Below are positions 54,195 through 63,045 of a DNA stretch of 64,000 bases, one piece after another; the stretch's first letter is position 1; the number at the start of each line of letters is the position of its first letter. The stretch is from positions 1,600,001-1,664,000 of the forward strand of contig CAVWCF010000001.1 of NCBI GenBank assembly GCA_963753435.1. The letters are read 5' to 3'. The DNA comes from an uncultured Actinomycetota bacterium. GTDB taxonomy: Bacteria; Actinomycetota; Actinomycetes; CAVWCF01. The position numbers and the translations under genes were made by a program. The notes beneath the pieces are model-generated. The model made no database searches, was not told where the DNA came from, and worked only from the letters and a program-made list of their open reading frames with translations.

Positions 54195-56840
54195 ATGACC
54201 CACCCGGCCGTAGCGCCGTCTGAGGTACGCCACCACGGGCTGCCGGCTTCGGAGGTGGTGGTGCTCCTTGGCACCGACCCCGCCGACGGGCTGCGTTCGG
54301 ACGAAGCGCAGGCGCGACTGCAGCGGTTCGGGCCGAACGTCCTGCCCCGACTGCAGCGCGCCGGGCCGTTGCGGCGATTCGCGCGCCAGTTGAACCACCC
54401 CCTCATCTACGTGCTGCTGGTCTCGGCCGCACTCACCGGGTTGCTGGGCGACGGGGTCGCGTCCGCCGTGATCCTCGGCGTGGTCGTTATCAACGCGATC
54501 GTCGGCTACGTACAGGAAAGCCGGGCCAACTCCGCCCTCGATGCCTTGCGGGCGATGACGCCGACGACGACTTCACTGGTCCGCGACGGCACGGTGGTGC
54601 AGCTGAACTCCGAGCGGGTGGTTCCCGGTGATCTGGTCGTGCTGACAGCAGGTGACAAGGTCCCCGCGGACTTGCGCCTGGTGCAGGTGGAGCAACTAGA
54701 GGTGGACGAGTCGGCGCTTACCGGCGAATCGCTGACGGTCGCCAAGCACGCCTTGGCGTTGCCGATCGAGACCGCGTTGGCGGATCGGCTCAACATGGCC
54801 TACTCCGGAACTCTCATCACGCGCGGCACGGGTCGCGGTGTGGTTGTGACCACGGGCGCCGAAACCGAACTTGGTCGGATCCATCGACTCGTTGGCGAAT
54901 CGGAGCCGGTCCCGACCCCCTTGGCGCGCAAACTGGCCACGTTCAGCAAGTGGCTGACCGTCGCCATCGTGATCCTCGGAGCGTTTGCCTTCGGGGTAGG
55001 CGTGTGGCGCGGTGAGCCCATCGTCGACATGGTCACCGCCGGGGTTGCGCTGGCGGTGGGCGCCATCCCGGAGGGTTTGCCGGCGGCGGTCACGATCACG
55101 TTGGCGATCGGTGTGTCCAGGATGGCCCGCCGCAACGCCATCGTCCGCAGCCTGACCGCTGCGGAAACCCTCGGCGGCACCACGGTGATTTGCACCGACA
55201 AGACGGGCACGCTGACCCACAACCGGATGTCGGTGCGGAACATCTGGGTGGACGGTGCGGAGGTTTCGACGCCGGTGCTGCAAGCGTCCGGGGTCACCGC
55301 CCGCCTGCTGCACGCCGCGGCGCTGTGCAGCGACGCCCCCGTGCCGCGGGTGGGTGTCGACCCCGTGGGTGACCCCACCGAGGTCGCCCTGGTGCTGGCG
55401 GCTGAGGAAAGCGGGTTGGACGTGCACGCGCTGCGGGCGGCAGCGCCGCGAACCGACACGTTGCCGTTCGAATCCGGGCGACGACTGATGGCCACTGTGC
55501 ACGACACGCCGTCCGGCTCGGTGTTGTTCGTCAAGGGTGCGTTGGAGGACGTGCTGCGGACCTGTAACCGTGTGGGCACGTCCGGCGGCGACGCACCGCT
55601 GGACGAAGCTGCGGTGCATGCCGCTGCGGACTCAATGGCGGCGCGGGCGTTGCGGGTGCTGGCGGTGGCCGAGGTTGAGACCGAACCGGGCACTTCCGCC
55701 GAGGAAGCGTTGGCGGCGCAGCAGTGCCGACTGCTCGGCTTGCAAGCAATGGCCGACCCACCGCGACAGGACGCGATCGCCGCAGTGGCCTCGTGTCACC
55801 GCGCCGGGATCGACGTGAAGATGGTGACCGGCGACCACGTTCTGACGGCGACCGCGGTGGCGGCCCAGGTCGGTCTGGAAGCCAAACCGGGCGCTGCCAA
55901 GGCGGTAACCGGGGCCCAGCTGGGGGACGCGGCGGTGCTGCCGATCGAAACGATCGACTCCGCAAGCGTGTTCGCGAGGGTGACCGCCGAGCAGAAGCTG
56001 CGGATCGTCGAGTCGCTGCAGCGCGCTGGTTCGGTGGTCGCGGTCACCGGCGACGGCGTCAACGATGCGCCCGCGCTGCGTCAAGCCGACATCGGCGTGG
56101 CCATGGGGCGCAGCGGCACCGACGCGGCCACCGAAGCCGCGGACATGGTGCTGACCGACGACGACTTCGCGACCATCGAAGCGGCCGTTGAGGAAGGGCG
56201 GGGGGTACGCGACAACGTCACCAAGTTCATCACTTGGACACTGCCGACGAACCTGGCCGAAGGCCTGGTCATCCTCACGGCGATCCTGGTTGGCTCGACG
56301 CTGCCGATCCTGCCGGTGCAGATTCTCTGGATCAACATGACCACGGCTGTCGCCTTGGGGCTCATGCTCGCGTTCGAGCCCAAGGAAGCCGGGATCATGG
56401 ACCGGCCACCGCGCGACCCGGACGAACCCATCCTGACGCGCGCGCTGGTGTGGCGGGTCATCCTGGTTTCGGTGCTGACGTTGGCCGCGGCGTTCGGCTT
56501 CTTCGAGTACGCGCTGAGCGCCGGCGCATCAGTTGAGGTTGCGCGCACCATCGCGGTGAACACGTTCGTGGCGATAGAAATCGCGTACCTGTTCAACTGC
56601 CGGTCCCTGGACCGACCGTTGCGGCAGCTGCGGTTCTTCAGCAATCCCGCTGCGCTGTACGGAGTCGCCATCACGATCGCCCTGCAGGCGTTGTTCACCT
56701 ACACCGCGCCGTTCCAGCAACTGTTCGAAACCGCGGCCATCGGGCCGATGGCCTGGTTGGCCATCGGCGCCGCGGCGATCGTCAGTTACCTGGTCGTTTC
56801 GGTGGACAAGTGGGCGGCGCGGCGCAGCAGGCGCTCCTGA
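54195..56840 (+). CDS. Cation-transporting P-type ATPase (P2A, CtpF-like)
   Basis: TGES, PEGL, DKTGTLT, TGD, GDGVNDAPAL, LWIN. Confidence 0.95.
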   Translation: MTHPAVAPSEVRHHGLPASEVVVLLGTDPADGLRSDEAQARLQRFGPNVLPRLQRAGPLRRFARQLNHPLIYVLLVSAALTGLLGDGVASAVILGVVVINAIVGYVQESRANSALDALRAMTPTTTSLVRDGTVVQLNSERVVPGDLVVLTAGDKVPADLRLVQVEQLEVDESALTGESLTVAKHALALPIETALADRLNMAYSGTLITRGTGRGVVVTTGAETELGRIHRLVGESEPVPTPLARKLATFSKWLTVAIVILGAFAFGVGVWRGEPIVDMVTAGVALAVGAIPEGLPAAVTITLAIGVSRMARRNAIVRSLTAAETLGGTTVICTDKTGTLTHNRMSVRNIWVDGAEVSTPVLQASGVTARLLHAAALCSDAPVPRVGVDPVGDPTEVALVLAAEESGLDVHALRAAAPRTDTLPFESGRRLMATVHDTPSGSVLFVKGALEDVLRTCNRVGTSGGDAPLDEAAVHAAADSMAARALRVLAVAEVETEPGTSAEEALAAQQCRLLGLQAMADPPRQDAIAAVASCHRAGIDVKMVTGDHVLTATAVAAQVGLEAKPGAAKAVTGAQLGDAAVLPIETIDSASVFARVTAEQKLRIVESLQRAGSVVAVTGDGVNDAPALRQADIGVAMGRSGTDAATEAADMVLTDDDFATIEAAVEEGRGVRDNVTKFITWTLPTNLAEGLVILTAILVGSTLPILPVQILWINMTTAVALGLMLAFEPKEAGIMDRPPRDPDEPILTRALVWRVILVSVLTLAAAFGFFEYALSAGASVEVARTIAVNTFVAIEIAYLFNCRSLDRPLRQLRFFSNPAALYGVAITIALQALFTYTAPFQQLFETAAIGPMAWLAIGAAAIVSYLVVSVDKWAARRSRRS

Positions 56841-57583
56841 TGCAGCGTGGCCTCGCTGTCGAGGCACTCCATCAACTCCAGGGCGTTGCCCCACGGATCC
56901 CAGCCGTATCCGACGATCGCATGCCCGCCCGGCATCGTGACTGGCGGCGCATGCCAGGTCATGCCCTTGGCTGACAGCGCGGTGTGAACGACGTCGATTT
57001 CGGTCACGTCGAGGCAGATGTGATTCGCCCCGAGGTCGCAGATGTGCGGTGCGCCGGTGGGGCCCTCGTGCTCGTGCACGGTCACCGGGCCCACCTGCGC
57101 CCACCAGTCGGCGACCGGGTCGGGCGTGACCGCCCGCAGGGCCACATCGGTCAGTTGCAGGAGGACCGGGGATCCGCCGTCGGCGGGAGCTGGTTGTTCC
57201 GTCTCGTGCAGCAGCAGCCGGATGCCCGCGGGGTCCAGCACTGAACCGTCTGGCAGCACCCGCCCGCCGGTGGCGACCGCGGCGTCGCGGACCCGGCTGG
57301 CGTCAGTGACCGCCCAGGTCAGCGGCCCGAAGCCCGGCCCGGTGGCGCGCTCCGGCACCGGCGAATGGAACTGGAACGCCTCCAGGAAGACGTTGCCGGC
57401 GTTGATCACCACCACTTCGGCGGCGGAATCCACCAGCCCCAGTCCGGCGTCGGCGGCCACGTTGCCGCTGGACCAGGCGAATGACGCCGATTGGCTCATA
57501 CCTAGGTGCGTGCAGTAGAAATCGCACACTGAAGTCAGGTCGGGTGCCGAAATCCCGACGTGATTGAGGCCAAGGATTCCCAT
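56786..57583 (-). CDS. VOC/glyoxalase family protein (two domains)
   Basis: NHVGIS..D.....FY...LG, NHICL.V, DPWGN..EL. Confidence 0.8.
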   Translation of the reverse strand: MGILGLNHVGISAPDLTSVCDFYCTHLGMSQSASFAWSSGNVAADAGLGLVDSAAEVVVINAGNVFLEAFQFHSPVPERATGPGFGPLTWAVTDASRVRDAAVATGGRVLPDGSVLDPAGIRLLLHETEQPAPADGGSPVLLQLTDVALRAVTPDPVADWWAQVGPVTVHEHEGPTGAPHICDLGANHICLDVTEIDVVHTALSAKGMTWHAPPVTMPGGHAIVGYGWDPWGNALELMECLDSEATLHQERLLRRAAHLSTETTR

Positions 57584-57595
57584 GCGTCCCACCGT

Positions 57596-57611
57596 AGTGA
57601 CGCACGTCACA
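57596..57611. promoter_or_regulatory. Possible CRP/GlxR-type site between the VOC and rbpA-like genes
   Basis: AGTGA-N6-TCACA versus consensus TGTGA-N6-TCACA. Confidence 0.4.
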
Positions 57612-57696
57612 CGGTCGTGACGGACCGGGTGGATTAGACGGAGCGAAGCGGGGTAATCCCGCGTCGAAGGTTCATCCCCTGCAATCGGAGGTTGCT

Positions 57697-58065
57697 GTGA
57701 CCGCGCTACGTGGTTTCCGGCTGACGAGCTACTCCTACGAGGACGGCGCCGACGTCCGTCCCGTCGAGATGGTTCCGCACACCTACTTCTGCCCGCTCGG
57801 TCACTCCCTGACGCTGCGCTTCGCCGCCGACGCTGAGGACATCCCCGACACTTGGGATTGCCCCAAGTGCGGTCGTTCCGCGCACGCCGACGAGACCTCC
57901 GCGCACCGGCTGCGGGCCACCGGTGAGGGCACCGCGCTGTCCAACCCGCGGTCCGAGGCGGCCACCAAGACCCATTGGGACATGCTGCGCGAGCGTCGTA
58001 CCGACGCCGAACTGGACGCCCTCCTCGAGGAGCGTCTGGAGCAGCTGCGCACCACCGGTCGCTGA
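57697..58065 (+). CDS. rbpA: RNA polymerase-binding protein RbpA homolog (divergent)
   Basis: ALRG.RL...SYE, YxCxxGH, WxCxxCG, THWDMLRERR...EL..LL.ERL; GGAGG RBS. Confidence 0.85.
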   Translation: MTALRGFRLTSYSYEDGADVRPVEMVPHTYFCPLGHSLTLRFAADAEDIPDTWDCPKCGRSAHADETSAHRLRATGEGTALSNPRSEAATKTHWDMLRERRTDAELDALLEERLEQLRTTGR

Positions 58066-58208
58066 CCTAACTCCGGTCGCAACAAGCGCGCGGGCGAGAT
58101 CGCCCGATCAGCGCAGCGGTCGTTCAAGTACCACCTGAAGCAGACCCGATCCATCGGTGACGGTCCTGCGCTGCCCTGCGGCGTCGGCGCCGCCAGCGCA
58201 ACAGGTCC

Positions 58209-58243
58209 GATGCCCGGCCACCACGGGGGAGTGGCCGGGCATC
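58209..58243. terminator. Hairpin between convergent genes
   Basis: 13-bp stem gatgcccggccac/gtggccgggcatc. Confidence 0.6.
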
Positions 58244-58249
58244 GTGCTG

Positions 58250-59398
58250 TCACGGCGACGTGTTGCTGAACCGGGCCGGCGAGACACTGTCGACCTCCGC
58301 CTGGCTGACTCCGGCCGGGAGCGGCCCGCCCTCGATCAGGGCGGCCACGAGCGCACCGGCCGCCGGAGCGGTTTGGATGCCGAAACCGCCCTGACCAGCG
58401 CACCAATGCAGACCCGGCACCTGCGGGTCCGGGCCCAGCACGAGTCCCCGGTCCGGGGCGAAGGTGCGTAGCCCCGCCCACTCGTGTTGCACGGCGCGGA
58501 TCTGCAAGGTGGTCGCGGCATTGATCTCCTCGATGGCTCCGGCCACGTCGACCATCTCCACCCGGGCGTCGACCGGTTCGGAAGGGGTCTCATCCGCAGG
58601 GGAGCACAACAGGCCGTCGCCTTCGGGCTTGAAGTAGTAGCGCTCCGCAACGTCGTGCACCAGTGGCCAACCGCGGGCCTGCGGGTACGGGCCCACCGTG
58701 AACGCCGTTCGCCGCAGCGGTTGCAGCCCCACCGGTTGCGCCTGGCCCATCACAGCAACGATGTCGGCCCAGGCGCCGGCGGCGTTGACCACGTGGCGGC
58801 AGCGGATCGGTCCGGAACTGGTGAGCAGCCGCCACCGGTCGTCGACGAACCGCAACCCCAGCACCTCACAACGAACCCGGACCTCACCGCCGCTTCGGCG
58901 CAGTCCCTTGATGAACGCGGCGTGCAGCGCCGCCACGTCGATGTCGCTGGCGTCCGGCTCGTAGACGCCGGCCACGGCCGCCTCGGGCCGAAGCACCGGG
59001 CAGAGTCGGCGCACCTCGTCGCCGTCGATCAGTTGGATGCTTGGCACCAGCCGCCGACCGTCCTCGGCTTTCTGCCGCAGCAGGTCCAGGTCGGACTCGC
59101 GCCCGACTTCCAGCATGGGCCGTGGGCTGAGCAGCGAATGGGGAACCAGGTCGTCCGGGGGCTCCTGCAGGAAAGACCGGGAGGCCAGGGTGAGTCGGCG
59201 TACCGTCTCGTCGCCGTAGTTCTCCAGGTACTGCGCGGCGCTGCGACCGGTGGTGTGGAACGCGAGTTCGCTTTCCCGCTCGACGAGAATCACGCGCGCA
59301 CCAGCTCGGGACGCCCAGTAGGCGACCGACGCGCCAGCGATCCCGCCGCCGATCACCGCCACGTCGGCGGTGTCGGTCTTGTCGACGATTGCAGTCAC
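58250..59398 (-). CDS. FAD-dependent oxidoreductase (DAO family)
   Basis: VIGGGIAG, HTTGRSAA, VVNAAGAWAD, WAGLRTF.PD, GQGG.GIQTAP. Confidence 0.88.
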   Translation of the reverse strand: MTAIVDKTDTADVAVIGGGIAGASVAYWASRAGARVILVERESELAFHTTGRSAAQYLENYGDETVRRLTLASRSFLQEPPDDLVPHSLLSPRPMLEVGRESDLDLLRQKAEDGRRLVPSIQLIDGDEVRRLCPVLRPEAAVAGVYEPDASDIDVAALHAAFIKGLRRSGGEVRVRCEVLGLRFVDDRWRLLTSSGPIRCRHVVNAAGAWADIVAVMGQAQPVGLQPLRRTAFTVGPYPQARGWPLVHDVAERYYFKPEGDGLLCSPADETPSEPVDARVEMVDVAGAIEEINAATTLQIRAVQHEWAGLRTFAPDRGLVLGPDPQVPGLHWCAGQGGFGIQTAPAAGALVAALIEGGPLPAGVSQAEVDSVSPARFSNTSP

Positions 59399-59452
59399 CG
59401 GCTCATCCTGGCGCCTGCTGCGATCCGCGTGCGGCACTTCTAGGCTCTGCGC

Positions 59453-60424
59453 ATGTGGGATTCGGTGCGGCACCGCGCCGCGCACCTGGTGCGACCGCAC
59501 TCCCACGACACCACGGACAAGGTCGACAGCGCCCTGGCGACCAGCCGAGAGGGGCTGCGCGCGCTGTGGCTGTCGTTCCTGGCGCTCATGGTCACAGCGG
59601 GACTGCAAGCGATCGTGGTCGTATTCACCGGCAGCGTGGCGCTGCTGTCAGACACGCTGCACAACCTCGCCGATGCGTTGACGGCGATCCCAATCGCTAT
59701 CGCTTTCCTCCTGGGACGGCGGCAGGCGACGCGGGCGTACACGTACGGCTTCGGCCGCGCGGAGGATCTCGCCGGGCTGGTTGTGGTGCTGTTCATCGCT
59801 GCCTCGGCGTTCTCCGCCGCGTACACCGCGATCCGGCGTTTCGTCGAGCCGCAGGAAGTCGAGTACGTCGGCGCGGTCGCCGCGGCCGGGGTGATCGGCT
59901 TCATCGGCAACGAGCTGGTCGCGCGCTACCGCATCAGGGTCGGCCGCCGGATCGGCTCGGCCGCCCTGGTCGCCGACGGGTTGCACGCGCGCACCGACGG
60001 GTTGACGTCGCTGGCGGTGCTGGTGTCGGCCGTTGGCTTGGCAATCGGTTGGGAGTGGGCCGACCCGGCGGTGGGCCTGCTGATCACCGTGGCGATCCTG
60101 TACGTGCTGCGCGACGCCACCCGGCAGGTGTGGCGGCGGCTGATGGACGCCGTCGACCCCGACCTCGTCGACGCCGCCGATGCCGTGCTGCGAGAGACAC
60201 CTGGCGTGGTGGACGTGCGCAATCTCCGGCTGCGCTGGACCGGTCACGACCTGCGCGGTGCGGTCGATCTCGAAGTCGCGGCGGATCTGTCCTTGCGGCA
60301 GGCGCACGCAATCGCCGAGGACGCCGAGCACCGACTGATCCACGCCATCCCCCGGCTGCAGTCCGTGGCGGTGCACACCGACCCGGCCGGGTACGAGCAC
60401 ACCGACCTGGACCACCACCGATAA
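59453..60424 (+). CDS. Cation diffusion facilitator transporter
   Basis: PHSHD, LSDTLHN.ADA, YGFGRAEDLA, ADG.HARTD, His-rich C-terminus. Confidence 0.92.
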   Translation: MWDSVRHRAAHLVRPHSHDTTDKVDSALATSREGLRALWLSFLALMVTAGLQAIVVVFTGSVALLSDTLHNLADALTAIPIAIAFLLGRRQATRAYTYGFGRAEDLAGLVVVLFIAASAFSAAYTAIRRFVEPQEVEYVGAVAAAGVIGFIGNELVARYRIRVGRRIGSAALVADGLHARTDGLTSLAVLVSAVGLAIGWEWADPAVGLLITVAILYVLRDATRQVWRRLMDAVDPDLVDAADAVLRETPGVVDVRNLRLRWTGHDLRGAVDLEVAADLSLRQAHAIAEDAEHRLIHAIPRLQSVAVHTDPAGYEHTDLDHHR

Positions 60425-60456
60425 GTGCCTGAACCACCGATGAGAGGAATGCGTCG

Positions 60457-60981
60457 ATGAGCGCTGCACACCCGTGGCTGGAGCCGCAGTCCTGGCCCAC
60501 CGAACCGCTGCCGCGGGCGGCGTTGGAGCGCGAGATCGAGCGGGTGTTGACGCTGACCAACATCGGCTACTTGGCGACCATCGCCAAGGACGGTTCGCCG
60601 ATCGTGTCGCCGGTGGAGTTCTACGCCGACGGTTTGACCGTCTACGTCTACCCACAACCGAAGTCGCCGAAGTTGGCCGCGATGCGCCGCGACCCCCGCG
60701 TGTCCTTCGCCGTGGCCAACCCGGTGGCTGGTTGGGCCAGCGCGTTCGGCGTGCAGATGTTCGGATCGGTCGACCTGCTCGAGGCCGACTCACCGGACTA
60801 CGCGCGCGGCATGGAGGTCTTCAAGTGGATCACCTCCTACTGGGAGGTGGGCCGACCGCTGGAAAGCGGACCGCCCACGGGCACGCTGATGCGGCTGGCG
60901 CCGGAGCGGGTGGTCCTCACTCAGCACTTCCTGCGGCGCGACGGGTACGCGCCACGCCAGACCTGGCGCCGGGAGGACTAG
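60457..60981 (+). CDS. Pyridoxamine 5'-phosphate oxidase-like (split-barrel flavoprotein)
   Basis: GYLAT..DGSP..SPV, K...M.RDPRVS. Confidence 0.75.
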   Translation: MSAAHPWLEPQSWPTEPLPRAALEREIERVLTLTNIGYLATIAKDGSPIVSPVEFYADGLTVYVYPQPKSPKLAAMRRDPRVSFAVANPVAGWASAFGVQMFGSVDLLEADSPDYARGMEVFKWITSYWEVGRPLESGPPTGTLMRLAPERVVLTQHFLRRDGYAPRQTWRRED

Positions 60982-61214
60982 CCGAGCGCGAGGTACTGGC
61001 CCGATCCCGCCAAGACGCACCTGTAGTGCGAGAACGCACCCTTGGTGCCCAAACGCATCCGGCGCGGATGCGATCTGGCTTCAACGTTGCCAACCAGTCA
61101 GCGTCCAGCGCGAACTTGGGCGATACGCGCATTCCCCAGTGGGATTAGTGGGACGCTGACGTGCGACCTTCAGGCCGCACTTGAATCCGAAACCCTCCCC
61201 GAAGGGAGACGTTC

Positions 61215-61499
61215 ATGGCGCGTTTGCATGCTGAGTTCACTGTTGGCGACTACGGGCAGTGGAAGGCAATGTTCGACAACGATCCCGCCGGCCGACAGGC
61301 CGGTGGCGTCCGCTCGTACCAGATCAGTCGAGGTGTCCAGGAACCCAACCACGTGCTGCTCGACATGGAGTTCGATGACTCCGCGACGGCCGAGGCATTC
61401 CTGGAGCGGCTGCAGCCGGTCTGGTCATCGGCCCCGGCTGGGGCGATTCAGTCACCGACTGGAATCGTTGTCGAAACCCAGGACGTGGTGAGCGTCTAG
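61215..61499 (+). CDS. Hypothetical protein (ABM/dimeric alpha-beta barrel-like)
   Basis: V.DY..WK..FD.DP..R..GGV..Y.I.R....PN.V...EF; GGGAG RBS. Confidence 0.72.
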   Translation: MARLHAEFTVGDYGQWKAMFDNDPAGRQAGGVRSYQISRGVQEPNHVLLDMEFDDSATAEAFLERLQPVWSSAPAGAIQSPTGIVVETQDVVSV

Positions 61500-61557
61500 C
61501 GACCCATTCGGCGCCGTCGCGCTGGCGCTGGCGACGCTGCCCCCGGCCGCAGAGCCG

Positions 61558-62268
61558 CTATTGGACAGTAGCCAGCAGGAACGCTGAACGGGACGCCAAT
61601 AGGCCGCGAAGAACCAGGAATCCGACCAGCCCACCGGCGATCAGGTCCGAGGCCCAGTGCGTCCCGCGCAGGATCGAGCACGCGGTGACGACCGCCCACG
61701 GTCCCCACAGCCAACCCCGGCTCAGTCGCGGTTCGCGGCCCAGCAGTTCGGCGGTGAGTACGGCGGCCACGCCCCAGAAGACGACTGCGCCGGCGGCGTG
61801 CCCGGAGGGGAACGCCAACCCGCCGTCCCACCAGTCGGCCACCGGTTCGTGCGGGAAGTTGCGCCCGAGGATGACTTTGAGGCCCCCGGTCGTGAGCGTG
61901 AACGCCAGTGGTGTGGCCAAGGCGAGCAGCAGCGGCGCCCACTGGCGACGGCGCACCGCCGCGGCGACGCCGAGGGCCAGGACCAGGACGGTGAGCGGGC
62001 CGCGCTGACCGACGACCTCGAGAACCCGTAGGGCCGAATCCCACTCGGTACCGGCGGCTCGGGACACCGAGACCGTGATTCGGCCGTCCAACCGTTCGCC
62101 TAGCGGGCTGAGGGCGAACAGGAACAGCGCGACGAAACCGAGGGCCGCGGTCACTACCGCGGCGTCGGACAACTCCCGGCGCAGCCCGGCATACCAGTCG
62201 GCCAATCGAATACCCCCGTGACGCGCGCCCGTCGGCGCGCCGCCAATACTGCCTGAGGCCGCTCGCAC
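61558..62268 (-). CDS. PAP2-family phosphatase (start uncertain)
   Basis: K...GR..P, FPSGHA, GTHWASD. Confidence 0.8.
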   Translation of the reverse strand: MRAASGSIGGAPTGARHGGIRLADWYAGLRRELSDAAVVTAALGFVALFLFALSPLGERLDGRITVSVSRAAGTEWDSALRVLEVVGQRGPLTVLVLALGVAAAVRRRQWAPLLLALATPLAFTLTTGGLKVILGRNFPHEPVADWWDGGLAFPSGHAAGAVVFWGVAAVLTAELLGREPRLSRGWLWGPWAVVTACSILRGTHWASDLIAGGLVGFLVLRGLLASRSAFLLATVQ

Positions 62269-62303
62269 ACCCAAGCCGGGGGAAGCTGCCGTTCCGCCGC
62301 CGG

Positions 62304-62972
62304 TCAGGCGGTGAGCGTCGCTGAGGTGAACCCGACCTCGAAGGCGCGGCACCAGATGACCACCGAGGTGAACCGGGTCAGGTCGACGTCAGCTCCGATG
62401 GCGTACTGCTGGTCGCCAACGTTGCCCTTGAGCGCGCCCAAGTCCACGACCTCGCCCAGTTCTGCGCCGCTGGCCGGATCACCCTCGGCCAGGTAGACGC
62501 GCAGGTCCGGTCCCGGGTCGGTCTCGAAACCGGTGAACGTCAGCACCGAGGTGCCATCGGGGTTGGTGAGGATGGTGGCCGTCCCCGCGCCGGGGTGGGC
62601 GATGGGCGCGAACTGGCCGGAGGCGACCTCCTCGACCCCCACTACCTCGGCCGTGACCACTTCTTCGTTCACGGTGCGGTCGAGCACCGTCGGCAAACCC
62701 ACCAGCAGCGTGACGGCGATCGAGGCCAGGCCGAAACCGGCGCCCAAAGGCAGCCACAGGTCACGACGGCGGCGCACCAACAGGTAGCCGCCCACGAGGA
62801 CGGCGCCGAACCAGGCGGCAGTCAGCAGCATCGCCACCTGGTCGTTGTTGGCCAGTCGGCCCATCGCGAAGACGCCGACCGTGAGCACGGCCAGGATCGC
62901 GACGAACGCGCCGACCTTGCCGGGTATCGACGTAGTGGGTGCGTCGGGTCGCTTGGTGGGTAGCAGTTGCAT
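62304..62972 (-). CDS. DM13 domain membrane protein
   Basis: GPDLRVYL, LG.LKGN.GDQ.Y, SVVIWC..F.V.F; three N-terminal TM segments; GAGGAGG RBS. Confidence 0.87.
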   Translation of the reverse strand: MQLLPTKRPDAPTTSIPGKVGAFVAILAVLTVGVFAMGRLANNDQVAMLLTAAWFGAVLVGGYLLVRRRRDLWLPLGAGFGLASIAVTLLVGLPTVLDRTVNEEVVTAEVVGVEEVASGQFAPIAHPGAGTATILTNPDGTSVLTFTGFETDPGPDLRVYLAEGDPASGAELGEVVDLGALKGNVGDQQYAIGADVDLTRFTSVVIWCRAFEVGFTSATLTA

Positions 62973-63045
62973 TGAGTCCTCCTCGGTCATGGCTGCCAAC
63001 GCGCCGCGCCGCGGGACTTGTTCCGGATCAGTCCTTACGGAGTTC

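Noticed and set aside
56786-56840. Convergent 3' overlaps (P-type ATPase/VOC 55 bp; K channel/cupin 37 bp)
   Set aside because: Common in compact GC-rich genomes; no further signal
61130-61170. c-di-GMP-I riboswitch-like GTGGGACGC
   Set aside because: Lacks the GGCAAA/GAAA tetraloop and GCAAA elements
61178-61192. cacttgaatccg as a fourth copy of the dispersed repeat
   Set aside because: Match limited to about 7 nt; not significant
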